This document shows positions 23,941 to 37,690 of a stretch of 64,000 bases of DNA, one piece after another. The notes under the pieces were generated by a model. The model did no database searches. It was not told the DNA's origin and saw only the letters and a list, made by a program, of their open reading frames with translations. A program made the position numbers and the translations under genes. Position 1 is the stretch's first letter, and each line of letters opens with the position of its first letter. This DNA is from Camelus dromedarius (lineage: Eukaryota), in assembly GCF_036321535.1 (NCBI RefSeq), contig NC_087437.1, positions 57,910,001 to 57,974,000 on the forward strand, read 5' to 3'.

Positions 23941-26900
23941 AACAGAACTAAATTCAGCAAACATTTGAGTGTTCACAACATGTCAGGTCCTGAATGAGGG
24001 CGTGGAGATGGGAGACTTGACACCACAGTCACTGTCCTCAAGGAGCCCCCAAAGCACTGCTGAGATGGAGGCAGAAGATCCAACATCGCTCAAGGCAACT
24101 CCCCAGGTGCTGTGAGACTGGTGAGGATACACTGGACTAGGAGGGGAGGGGAGGGGAGGGGTGGGAGCAGGTACCAGCACAGGACAGCGTAGTAAAGGAG
24201 AAGCCGAAGTCCGCCAGGTAACCGGGAGGGATGCGCGAGGGAGAGGACAGGTTTTCGGGCCAAGGACACCACGAGTGTGAATGATAATAGCCGTGCCTTC
24301 AGCGCACGTGCTATGCCAGGACTGTGTTAAGCGGTTTACCTACATTTTTCCTGAATCCTGACAAGAGGACTTCAAGACTGGCCTCTCTGTTATCATTTTA
24401 GAAATTACAAACTTGAGACTTAGGCTGACAACATATTTTTTGAGAATTTACAGGAAGCAGCAGGGCCCACGTGTCTCTCCAAGACTGGAGCTGCCCAGGC
24501 CGTTTCCCAGACACTCCTCCATCCCGGAGGCAAAAGTCAGCGGCACAATCAGGGACGTCATGAAGAAAGGAGAGAGGTAAGGAAGGAACTAGAAAGAGAT
24601 GGACGGGAAAGCGGACTTTTCACGCCGGTGTGGTTTTTCAGTAGGACAGAGTTGAGCAGGCTGATAAGCCAAGTCAGCAGAGAGAGGGGATGAAAAGCCC
24701 AGAGACCAGGGGCTGTGGTGCTGACGCAGCCCCCACAGGACACAGGAGGTGACAGGATCCAGGGGAAAAGCTGACCAGCTTATTAAATGAAGGGAGAGCC
24801 AGTTCTTGTCCTGAACAGGCAGGCAGAGGCAAGTTCATCTATGATGAAAGGGTTTGGAAAGTTGAGGTCCTGATCAAAATATTGGCTCTGTGGTCTCAGT
24901 CAGTCAAGCCAAGGAGTCAGTGGAAGGGGCCCCCTGCTTCCTCTTCCCCACCCCCAACAAAGCATCCCTGGGGAGCACCCACCGTCATCCTTCGCCCACC
25001 TCACGCCCAGGAACTCTGAAGGTGGGCGGCTGTTTACTGAAATATTAACTTGCATTTCTTCTTCTCCTTCGCTATGTGAAGTAGGTCATTTCAGGTAGTG
25101 CTTCCTCAACTCAGGGATTTTTCCAGCAAGGAAAACAGAAGCTATCTGAGGATCTTAGCTCTTGGAAAAGAACAAAATCATGGAGGAGACTATGAAAAGG
25201 GTCTCGTAAGAACATCTAGATGAGAGGGAAAAATTTCCCCCAGGACTGAAGCCACATGGAGGAGAGTGTAGAGGGGAAGCAGGTGGAGGGAGCAGCTATG
25301 CTCTGGGGAGTGAGGGCTGCCTGGCGAGCAGAACCCCAGGCAAAGAAGAGCTCTTGGTAGCAGTAAAGATTCTCGTGCCTCGACAGACAGCGGTCAAGGA
25401 TAAGACCCAGGCAGGACCCTGACCCCACCCCTTAGGAGGGGAACGAGGCCCAAAAATGAATTTCCCAACAGGGAGAGGGAAAGAAACTCATATTTAGGTT
25501 GATTTAGTTGAAAGAAAATAAAAGCTTATTTCTTTTGCCCCTGACTTAATAGATTACAAGACATATTCAATGCATTGTTCGTTTGCTGCTCCAAAGACAA
25601 ACCTTTGTGCACGCTGACCCACCCCCCATGAAGTTCCCTACTCTGGAGACTCTGAATGTCCAAAGCCTACCCTTCTGTCATGAAGGAACTCAAATGTTGC
25701 TCCAAAGATTAAGCCTCCATTCTTTGGGTGGAGGGAGGTGTGTCCCTTCGTCTCCAATTAGAGTGGGTCCTATACATGTATGTACGTTCGTTAACTGGCA
25801 GGCTCTCCCAGAGGATCTCATTCATTACTGAGCCCTTCCTACCACCTGCTGTGGGGACCAGCACGCACACAGTAGGATCACAGTAAACGTATCATTTTTG
25901 ACTGAGCTAATACAACATGAAGATTCCCTGGGGGCTTCGTGAGCTTTAGTTACTTTAAGAATCATAGCTCAGGATCTATGAGTCACAGCTTTACAATTCT
26001 GTTAGAACCCTTCCTCACCCGAAGCATGATTCCTGAAGATGAAGTGTTGTTTACTAAGAGACTCGGTTTTGCCTACCTGTTGGGTCAGTTAGTCAGCAAA
26101 AGGATGAAGCACTCACTTTCTGCGTGCACGTAAGAGACATCTAGACATAGTTTTACAGCCTTAAAACGGGAATGTGAGCATTTTCCAGACTGCACTAAGC
26201 TGTGGTGAATGGCGGGCTTGGGGAGCGCTCTGCAGACTGGGGCGCGCTCTGCAGCCATGAGCGCTTCAACTCATCTTTCCATCATACTGAGCCAGACGTC
26301 ACTGGCCGTCCTATAACCATGAGCAAGAGTGGAAAAACCCACTCGTACCCATCAGAATGTCCTAGCTGTGTTCCCTCGGTTGTCTTGCTCTGAATTTGTA
26401 CCCCTCTCTTTCAGTGAAGCTGGAAAGGTTTTGCAGAGAAGCCCAGTGCAAGTGGCTGATGCCAGCAATTCTTACCAGATTCTCTGGTTACTGGCTCCTT
26501 GTGGGCAATGCTGCAGAGCTTCTCAGGGTGTTTGCATTTCTAGAAGCAGCAAGCAGATGAGGGAGGGGCCCAGGGACCTCGATGGAGAGAACAAAGTAAT
26601 AGCCTAGCTTCCAAGAAGACAGGTTGCCATTCTTTTGCAGCTAGTATGTCGCAGGTAAGCTGCAGAGGGATTACAGAGAGGGAAGAAGTGATGGCAATCT
26701 CGAGATTGCTGGACCAGGAGGCACAAAGCCTGGGTATGAGGTCTCACTTCGCCATTACAAAGTGGGCGACCCTGCTGCAGTCACCTGACCATGCTGCGCC
26801 TCCGTTTCCTGACTGTGATGGGGAGAAGTGGCTGTCTTATGGACCACGTAGCAAAATTTCTTAAACTTTAAAGGATTAAGGGTCTTAGTAAATGCAAATT

Positions 26901-27829
26901 TTACCTTAGTAGGTCTGCATGGAGCATTTCTGGAAAGCTCCTGGGGGATGCAGAGCTGCTGGTTTCTAGACATCATCTTGATAACAAGGCCATTTGGATT
27001 GCAGAGGAGACAATGAGATGAGGGCTAGAGAAATGCTTTGTAAAGAGCAATGTATTAATGAAAGCTGTTATGATGGGCACTAATAGACACGGGTGCTTTC
27101 TCTGGGTCTACCTAAGCAGAGCATTTCCCAGGGTGCTGGCACCACCCCCCCTGAAGATCCGAAACTGTTTTTTAGGGCTTCCCCGCTCTCCCCCACCTCT
27201 CAGTTTGTTCTCAGTGTGGTTGGTTCCAGCCCAAGGGCTGGCTTCTCCTGCTGACAGAAGCAGTGGGATTAGTTTTTTCCAGAAGAAGCAGGCTAATGCA
27301 GAGACTTAGTAATGCAATGAATCCCCAAAGGCTATTTGTGGGGGCTCTGAGGAACCTTGTGGAAAAACACACAGCTCCTTTAAAAACGAAACAGGGTCTG
27401 GGTCTCCAGCAGTTCTTCAGGGGTATCCACTGGACTCAACTTGCTTTTGGAAATGGGATGGAGAGAATTCCCCCTCTTGCAAGCTCATTTGCATTTCTGT
27501 CTCTCCTATCAGCCAGAAGATGTCCACATTTTCCAAGGGGAAATTATCTGTACTGTCACAGACTTCCGGTATACAAGGGCATTCTCAAGCAGGTCAACTC
27601 CCAGCCCCAGTTCAGAGGGCTGGAGCACTCACTGTTAACCCAGCAGACTCAGGGGTTTGCTGTCTGAAGGAGCTGGTCATGGCGGAAAGCACCCTACGTA
27701 AGGGAGGGGTGGGCTGGCTAGTCCCAGGGGTGTCCTCTTGTATATCTGAGAGCTGACTGCGGTGGAGGCCACCAGCAGGAGAAATAGGACAGGAGGACAG
27801 AGACGTACCGTGGCCTCCCCAACCCTCAA

Positions 27830-28312
27830 CTCCAGTGTTCTCTCCTGCCTGACTCCAAAGGCCTCCCTGCTACTTAACAAACCTGGCAGGCACAGTCCCA
27901 CCGCAGAGTCTTTGCACTGGCTATTCCCTCCATCTGAATGCTGTTCCCCCAGATGGGCCCTTGCTTGCTCACTGCTTGATCCCTTACCTAGTTCAGGTCC
28001 TTGCCCAAATGTTACCTCTTCAGTGAGGCCTTCCATGACCTAATTAAAACCCTCAATGAACCCCTCAGTGCCTCCTAGAATTCCCTACTCACCCTTCTAA
28101 CTTTTTTTTCCATGGTATTTTTATTTTAATTTTATTTATTTATTTATTTTATTTATTTTTACTTTATTATTTTTATTACCTGAATATTGATTGTTTCTCA
28201 CTCACAACACAGGACAAACTCCATGAAATCAGGAAACTGTTGATTTTCTTCACTTTCCTATGTAAACCAGTGCTTAGCACACAACGGGTTCTAAGAAATG
28301 TTAATGAATGAA
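27830..28312 (+). mobile_element. L2 3' end with an internal (TTTA)n expansion
   Basis: tttgcactggctattccctc...aaatgttacctcttcagtgaggccttcc...gtgcttagcaca...aatgaatgaa; T-rich tract at ~28118-28178. Confidence 0.8.
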
Positions 28313-31300
28313 GTAAATCTTAAATCAACTACTTTAATAATGGGGTTACTAAAGTCTTGAATTTCAGGTAATACGGCTGCTCATCAAAACTGCATGTATG
28401 AATTTTTCTACTAAAATTGTTTACTTACAGATTTGGTGTTCTGGACCGAGAGATTAAAAAAAAAAGGTGATATGTCTAAGTTCTGTTTATGGTCTGTGTC
28501 TATGTAGCTACATAAATTTATATAGGGACCTGTCCTAGTCTTGGTCTCTACTATAAAATATAGGAATTACACCAGATTCTTAAGTCTCTTCCAAACACCA
28601 ACATGACCTAACACCAAAAGAAAGAACAGTGAAGTTTCACACACAGCAATCGTAACAAAAACATGAACTGAGTATTAACTGTGTGGGGGACACTGTCCTT
28701 AAGACCTGAAGGCCATGAAGGTAACTAAACACAGACTTTGGCTCCAATAGTGCTTGCTTGCTACCAAGAGCAAGGAGAGAAAAGACAAAGATTTAATGAA
28801 AATTTAAATATTAATCCAAAAGATGGATTAGAGTCCTACACTGAGCAGGAATGATGAACTCTAATATCCCTGCCAGCTCCACCATTTACCTGGGGTTCTC
28901 AGGAGATTTGAGGCCAGATGCTTGCCAAAGATGATCAAATGGCAACAGAGAGCTCACTGTTGTTTTTTTTTCATGTTCTCCCCGAAGGTGATAATCCCTC
29001 CTATTTTTTAACGAGAAACCATACAACACTGGTGAGAAGACTGAGTTGTTGTCAGCACCCCCTCAACCTCTGTGGATGCTCATCATACTCTTTTCCCTCT
29101 TAAAATATTAATTCCTTTCAACCCTTTCAGAAAAACTTTTACGTTAATACTGTAAGAGAATTATGTGTTATGAGATGTCTTCCCTCATCCTGTCTGAACA
29201 TGTGTGTGACAACTTCGTCTTAAGTCTTTAGAAACCTGCCATCACTATCTCCCGATGGAGACCCGTAACACATTTGTAACCTACAAAAGTTTTCTTTCTT
29301 TTCATTTCTGGTTTCTAATGGTCACCTGCCACCAAATACCAGTCACATCTTTTTTTTCTGGGTTCATATTCTACATCTGTCAGATGAGAGGTCGGGTAAA
29401 GTCACATCCATGCCATTTGCAACTCTGGCATTTTGTTGTACTTAGTGTTCTTCACAACAAGGAAGCCTGTTTGGACCTCTCTGCCCTTTCCTTTCCTATG
29501 CAATTTGAAGTCACAGAAAAGAAGTAAGTCGGTTGGTGATCACGGCTCTCAGAAAGCCATACCTGGTGGGATGCTGACATTACTGCTGGGTGTGAAAAAT
29601 TCCAACTAATAACTAAGTAATAACAGTTGTGGTGGGGTGCAAGACACCTACTCCTACACACTCATTTCTAGCTTGTGAGAGAGGAGCGTAATGATCTCGG
29701 GACATAACAAAAATTTCATAATTTCTAACTGCTAATCAACAAATCTATTCGTCCTTTTCCACACTGGCAGAAAGCCACTGACCTAACAGAATAAGTCATC
29801 ACCTCACTACTTGGAAAGAGGTACATTTCCCAAGTTACCCTGAGCCTGACCTTCCCTCCCAATCATTAACTTTGTGTGGTGACCGAGCAACTCCATTGCA
29901 CATTAGATCATGAAAGTCAAGTACTCAGAAGTAGGGCAGAGGGGCGGGAAAGCCCTGACGTAACAGTCTACAGCGCTCCACGCAAGTTCCGTCCCCACCC
30001 CTCTCTCTCTGAGCTTCCAGCTCCTTGGCTGTAGCATGAGGGGTTGGTGAGAAATTCCCACGTCTTCGGAATCAGTTATTTCATTGTACTGGATCGTTTT
30101 CATTGCAAAAGAAATTTGTTTGAATCTCTCTGCCCCAAAGGTAACAACAGAACTTAAAGATGACTTGTGAGATCACTGTATTCGGACGTAAGGTAACTTA
30201 AAAACCTAATGGTAATCAACTCTTGTCTTAAAGTTGAATGAAGACTCAGCAAGACTTAATTGCTGAATCCCTGCTCCATCCCATCACCACTAACACAGAA
30301 CCAAAATCTCTCCCTTCTGAGGGGAAGGGGAAACTATTGGGTTCCTCATAATATCACTCAGAAGCCTGAAGGTGGTAATTAGCACATTTCCTGATCTCTC
30401 CCTTTTTCAGGTTAGGCAACTTTAATTCCTTAACCTGTCATTTAAGGGCTCATTTTACATGCATACTCTATTTTTACTAGGTCCTTCTAAACTGCTGAGT
30501 CCAAAAATGGACAGAATGTCTTAAAAATATCTACATAATACAGAATATAGCCATATAGATCACATTCATGAACCCAGAAAATTATGCATCTTTAAATAAA
30601 TTTTACCCACAGTTACTGAAATTTAAGATTTGTTATACTTAATGCGCTCAGATTCAATAAAATTAGAATTTTACTTTGCAATAAAACAAACCTAAGTAAA
30701 GCCCTGTAGCATCATAATAAAAAGACATATTTCAATTTTTAAAAGATTTGTCACTGAAAATAAGGCAGTAAAGAAGCAATGACTTCTCAGCACCTATTTC
30801 CTCATTTTAAGAGTGGAAGTCACTTAACATACCTGAGTAGATGCATTATTGAAACCATTTAGTGCCACAAGAGTCACAGTTCTTCAAAATGGTAGCATTG
30901 CATAGTTCTAGCAACTTTCGGACATAGCATTAATTATTTTAAAAGGCGTTCAAGGAAAAATACTGTGTGAAGAGCAAAACAAAGACTGAGACCACTTTTG
31001 GAATCTCTGACGTCAAAAGAAGTCTACTTGCTGCAGTCGTTAAACAGACTCTGGGTTGTGGTATGGCTGCAAAAACCTGGTCCAGGAGACCATGATTATA
31101 ATCCTGATTTTGTACTTGGGCAAGACACTTCTTTGGTGAAAATAACTTTTTTTTTTAAGGGCATACTGTATTCATTATCTATCAAGTTAGGTAATTGAAC
31201 TACTTTTAGCTTTCTGATCACAAACCGATGTGCTATTAAGTATCAGATAAATTCACCTTAAAAATATACATAGACTTAAATACCTACATTATATAAGTTA

Positions 31301-32209
31301 GGGCATTTCTTATAGTCTCCTCATTTAAAAAGGGGATGGTTAATAGGAAGATATTCATGCTCAAATATAAAAAAAAAAAAATAGTCCAAGTCACTTTGGG
31401 CAAAACTTTCAGAAATTTAAGGGCTGATTATAGGCACCCACCTTAATTTAAAAAATAACAGTATGTCTTACTGATATTTTCTCTACACTCCTTGAGCTTC
31501 AGGAGTTTCGGGATTTCAAATTGATTTCCAAAAGATGGTATCTTGTTCTATACCTCTCAGAGTCTGTGCAACATTTAAATAGAATAGTAGATGGGAAAAC
31601 ATTTATAATCTATACAGCATTTTAAAGATGCTGCATTTTTTTACCTTCTCTCCATCTCCTCAGCAAAACTAACCTCTCCTTATCCTGCACGATTGGAATT
31701 TTGCTTCACTTCTCTTACAATTTCTAACCTATGCTCTTTCCTACATTAGGTCACCCATCCCTTCTAACAGGGATTGTCTCACTCACTTGTGTATCTATAG
31801 GGCTTAGCATAGTGAGAAATTTGTAACAAATACTCAATAATTTTTGAAGGAAAAAAATTAAAGTTGCTAGAGAATATATCACAAGAAAATATGTGTTAGG
31901 TGTCACGGACATAATCAATTTCTCATCCAGAATCTCATCTGTTGTTAGTAGCCTCCTCTTTATTACACATTCCTCCCAGAGACAACAGAAAAATTCAGTG
32001 GACAGGAGATTCCATTAGCTCCTTTTCAGTGCTTGAAGGATTAAGCCTTGGTATCTTCTTTAAAATAATTCCTTAAAATCATGTATTCAAAATACAGGAA
32101 TTTGGTTCATAATGGGTAAGACTTCTGAATCAGCAATCTAAACAAAATGACACCATAAAACAAATAATACTCTCTTATCTGCTAGGCTAAAAAAACTAGA
32201 TTTTTTCCA

Positions 32210-32660
32210 AGTTGAAGAGAGTCTATATCATCGTTTCTCTAGCCCACCTCATATTACCAATGACGCAACAGAAGCACATGAGGTGCAGTGACTTTGCCAA
32301 GGTCACATCAAGCCAGTGACTGAGTGCTGAGCAGGACCAGGACAGACTCCAGATCACCCGACTCCTAGCCCAGTGCTGCTTCCTCCTCCCTTCCTGTCCT
32401 CCCCGATTTATTCATCCAGAACTAACTGACCAAGCAGAAACAATTGGGAATAGTCAGACCTCTATTAATAACAACTTGCTTTTATATAGTACTATATAGT
32501 TTACAAAGCACTTTCCACATCCCCGCTCTCCTTGAATCCTTCTCCAAGCCCCAGGGACAGGACATTTACTTGCAGTGAAAATAAACTAAGGCCTAGAAAG
32601 GTAAAGCGGCATATCCCAGGTCACAGAGCCAAATCTGAACCTGGACTTTCTTACTACAAA
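32210..32660 (-). mobile_element. Two adjacent MIR fragments
   Basis: gtgactttgccaaggtcaca...actcctagcccagtgct and gaaaataaactaaggcctagaaaggtaaag...ccaggtcacagag. Confidence 0.6.
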
Positions 32661-35169
32661 TTTAAGTCTGTGTACATAAATCCACAGCAATCTGTTCCAG
32701 AGATACAATCAAAGGAAAAAATTATTCCCCTCTGACCCTCATTTGTATCCTATTAAGCCAAGATTCAAAGGGGTCTGTCCTAGTGACTTTGCGAAGGGTT
32801 TATAAATAGGCTGATTTTGAAAGAACTTTAACACTAACCGGATGAATAAACCATGCAAAAGTAATAGATGAAGTGAGAAAAAGCACGGAAATGCACGTCC
32901 AGCGAAGTGATGCAGACATCAAGGACAAGAAAGGCTTTCATTACTTATTTTAGCCCCTACTTTTGAGCTGAGGGAACTAAAACACCTTTCTCCCCAAACC
33001 CCAGAAATGTAGAAATCCCAGGGTTTCTTAAAGAACAACAGTTACGATAGTCGTGACTCTGGAAATGCCACCACTTTCCACTGATGGGGAAGTCCTTTGC
33101 TGGCACTCACAAAAGGTCTGGAGCAGGACAGTCCGTTCCCGAGGTAGCTAAAGACAAGAATTAGAATATGAGGCATGCAAAGCAGTCTTCACGGGAGGGA
33201 GCTGCCAGCTGGTGCCACATCCAGGATGACGGGAGGGAAGAGAACAAGACGGGGACAAGGCACGTGCGCAAAGATGAAAGGTCATGCCACTCCCCACTGG
33301 ACAGGATGAGAACAGTAAAGAGACTGTTTTGTTTCTCATTTTTAGAAACAGCTTCTAACAAGGTAGAGGAGGAAGTTTTTACGCTTAACCAGACTTCATA
33401 GGGAGAAGATCAATAGCTGTCTTCCACGGGCAACAAGAAGTTAAGTCGCAGAGAATATGATCCATTACTTACAGAGCTATATTTGGGCTCATGGTGAGAT
33501 TGAGGAATGTTCAAAAAGGAAGGAAAGGGAAGTGGAGGCTGTGTGTCAACCCTGGGTCATTAGCTACTTCATACCCAAGGATATAATGAAAACTGCTATG
33601 AAAACCAAATAAGTAAATATTATTATATATCAAGGGCCTTATAATTTTGTTCAATTAACTTTCTACTGTTAATAGAAATCACCCTAATATGGCCAAGTCC
33701 CTGGGATTATAAACAAGAAAGATGTAGCCTTTGCCTTCATGATGCTCACAGCCTAGAAAACAAGTTTGACATGTACCCAGATTACAGTGAAGGAAGAAAC
33801 CCACACTGCAGGAGAGTTGAGAGGGCAAAGGCTTCTCTCTGCAGAGAAGGACCAAGAAAAACTTTATTAAGAAAACTACAATCTAATTATTTGTGAATAT
33901 AAAAAGTTAATGTACTTTGGGAAGCCACTGTTAAGATTTCTTTCTGGTTGTTGTGTTTTGCTTTTAATGAATAATGTAAATACTGTATTATATTACTGAT
34001 AAAGAACTATCAAACAATGTTTTTTTATAGTTCCTAGCTTCCCCATAATATAGCATTTGCTAATAGTTAATTAAGTCATGAAACCATATAATTTAACAGA
34101 ATACATTACATTCTTAAATGTTCACTGAAGACCACATTCTCTGCCTCTCCAAAATGTTTAAATTCTACATCTGTACATCTGTTGTGTGCTTTCAAGACGA
34201 TGTAAACATGGGAAAATCTCAAAAATATATCGTAAAATAGTGCAACCAAAGCTTCATTTGGGAAGTTGTCTCCTGAATCTACTGGGTGAATTTAAATTCA
34301 ATCAGTATTAGCCTGTGCAAATAAAAAGAGCTCTATTCTTCCAGTTTAAGAACTAGCCCTGCTTTCAAGGTAAGTAGTGAGAACTCCAGGCCATTCTCTC
34401 TTTGTGACGTTACATGAAAGAGTCTGGAGTCCTGTACCTGCTTTCAAAGCATAGCTCTGTCATTTGAACTACAATTTGTAAAGAAATCCTCAGGAGTTTT
34501 CAAAACCGGTACTTCCAGGTTGCTGAGACTCAGAGCCACTGATTAAAATTTTTAATCATATTTATAGATAATTGGGCTTTAGGGTGGGGCTTCAATATGC
34601 CTTAAAAGACAGAAAATAGTATGGGATTCAAGAAATTGAGTTTTATTCCTTACTTTACCAGGACTGAGCCACTTTTTCCCTAGGCCTCAGTTTTCCAGGT
34701 AAAATGAAACAGCTAAAAATGACTTGTAAAATCCCTTCTGGCCATAAAGACTCTCTCACAGTGCTGGGAAGTTAGTAACTTGGCCAGTTACAAATTGGCA
34801 AGACAATTTTTCTGGGAAATTACTGCTTGAACCGTGAGAGCTAAGACACAATTCCAATCATGAATTTGAAGGCAGACTTAATCACTTCCATCCCACAGAG
34901 CGGCTAGCTCTTGTTAACATCTCCATTACGGCATCTATCATATTGCATCTTGAGCAGTGTTGTCTGTCTTCCACACTCGTGTGGAAGGTTCACAAGGTCA
35001 GAACTGTGCCTTATTCAGCGTTTTACCTACGCCCAACAATGCCATGTCCAGTGGATGCCAGTGCAGTGGAAGAATGAATAAATTAGTATGTCAGGGCAAT
35101 TAAAAAAAAAGTCTAGACATGATCTTGGTAGTTCTCTTAAACTTGTACCTATTTTTGAGGTATTCACAT

Positions 35170-37690
35170 GGTATTTTCTCATGGGAAGACTACTTTAATG
35201 ACTCTGATGTCTGGCAACCTAACTATGCTGGATAAACAGAGGTCAGCCAGGGCACCGTGGAGAATTCCACAAAATGCTATCTCCACAGCCTCTGAGCCGA
35301 GATGATCTTTCCACAAGATTATTTCATATCTTTTGAAAGTAAAGACTTCTAAGTAAAGATGGGAAACTAGAACACAGGCTTTTACTTTCATTCCTACCAG
35401 AAACACCATTAAAAGTACAATAAAGGGGTATGGGTCAACCATCACATTTTAGACCTTGGAAGCCAGCTGGTGAAGATATAAAGGATTTAGCGGACCTGAG
35501 AAAACTAAATGCTAAGTCAGCAGTGGGGAAAGGCAATAAGCAGCCTAATTTGGACTGTGGAATCTTCAAAAGTTTAGACAGTAGTAACACCAAGCTTGTC
35601 TAGAAGTAGGATGAAGGGGAAAGGATGAAATAAGCAGAACTGGTGGACAGTCTGTTCTTAAGAAGGTATTATAACCTCAAACACTCTCCTAAACGTTGAC
35701 CTAGACAACTGCCTTCCCCAATCCCAGGAGACGACTGGGGATTTGTTCTCTATAGAGGATAGAAGAGAGGCTCTCTGTCCAGTGGGCAGAGTGAGTACCA
35801 CACTGAAAACTGAGAGATTAAGTGAACATTTACACATGGACTGCTGAGACCCCCAGACTCCTGGGAGCCATGTCTCTACCATTCAGGCAAGAGAAACAGT
35901 CCTCTTTGAGGAACTTATGAATAATAAGAGGCAAGACCTAAAGATACTGATACCAGGAGTTCCACAGTAAAAAGCCCACCAGGATGACCCTGTAACTAAG
36001 ACCATCATCAGTAAGCCCCACCCATGTGCACAGAGCTTCTGCCACCCTTTAGCCTGCTCTTAATTATGAATAGACAACCAAATATAAAATCATCTGTACA
36101 AAGTCTCTAACATGAAAGAAATCAAAACAAGCAATAAAAAGAAGCTAACTGGAAACAAAGGTTATAGAGGGAAATAACTTCTGAAAATTATGCCATTAAT
36201 AGTCCTAACAAGGTATTAGAGATATTGCCTCAGTGAAACAAGACAGCATAATGTAAAATCAAACAGTCAGAGAAAAACCACAAGTAAGAATCTTGAAAAC
36301 TAAAAGTCTGATATAGAAATTAAAAATAAAATCTAACAGAAGGAAAAGAAGATAAAGATGAGCTTATCGCCTAGAAAATAGGGGGAAAATGCAAAAGGGA
36401 TGAAAATAGGAAATAAAACGTAGTAAAAATAAAACATTAAAGAAATTCAGGAATATCAATATCTAAGTAACAAGATTTCCAAAAAGCTGGAACCAGACGA
36501 CAACAAAGAAACAGAACAGGAAATCATCTAGGGAAAAAAAAATTCAGGAAAATCTTCTAGATGCAAAGAATACGTTTCCACATTAAAGCAGCCGTCAAAG
36601 TATCCAGCGTAATGGGTGAAAATGAAACCACAAGAAGGCAAATCTTTGTAAATTTTCAGAACTCTGGGAAAAAGAGCTTTTCAAAGAAAAAAAATAAGAC
36701 AATAAGGCATGTGTAAAAAACAAGGAATCAGAATGTCATCAGACCAGAACAACAAAAGGGGAAAGGAGAAGACATGGTGGTGTCACTTAAGCTCTGAAGG
36801 AAAATTATCTTCACTCTAGAGATCCAAACATAGCCAAATTTTGTCCAAATATGAGGAAAGAATGGGTATATTTTCAGATAGGCAGCGGCCCAGAAAGTTT
36901 AACTACTACGTATCCTTTTTCTTAGAAAGTACTAGAAAACTGATTTCACCAAAATAAGGAAGTGAACTAAGAAAGAAAGATAGAGAGGATACAGGAAAAC
37001 AGGAGATCCAAGGAAAGACGCCCGCAGAGATTTTCCAGGGTGATGGAAAGGGAGATCCCAGGGTCCAACCAGCACACGGGGCACAAAAGGAAAGAAGTGC
37101 GCAGACAGAACCAAGCCAGAAGGTTCCGAGAGATTACTTCAAGAAGATGGACTTGATAGAGTATCTGTGTGTCCGAATGTCTGGAGATGAGATTTAGAAC
37201 GACAGCAGAGACTTAGAGTTAAATAGTGGATGGTATGTAGAAAGCTGAACAAACAAACAAGCAGACAACTGTCACCCACAGAGGAAACAATCTTAAGAGA
37301 AAGGAGAAGAGTAGTCACAGTCTCACCTGCCTTAGTCACGGAAAGCACTTACACAGTCTTAATAATGTAACTACTAAATACTGATCTAACCAAAATAACA
37401 ATGTAACAGCGCAGGGAAGACGCAAGGAATGTCTGCTGTGGTGAGAATGTGATGATGAAAGAGATGAAAACTTCACTCTTACCATGAGACATCAGAAATA
37501 GTGCTGAGAAACTGAGAGACAGTAAGAAGAGAATGCTATTCAGAATACAGAGGTAAATACCAAGAAGAGCTGAGAGTGACTGCCTCTGGAGAGAAAAATA
37601 AAGTCGAGGGAGGGGACAAGGAACAGCTACCTTTGATAATACACTCTCCATAACTGTGACAAAATGACTAGTGAAAAAAAAAAGAAAAAG
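35170..37690 (+). mobile_element. Near full-length HAL1-like element (ORF1-only L1 relative), decayed
   Basis: A 5' UTR-like region, a decayed ORF1-like block (~36100-36960), the segment caggaaaacaggagatccaa...ccagggtgatggaaagggagatcccagg that I recall from HAL1, no ORF2-like sequence, and an A-rich tail at ~37673-37689. Confidence 0.65.
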
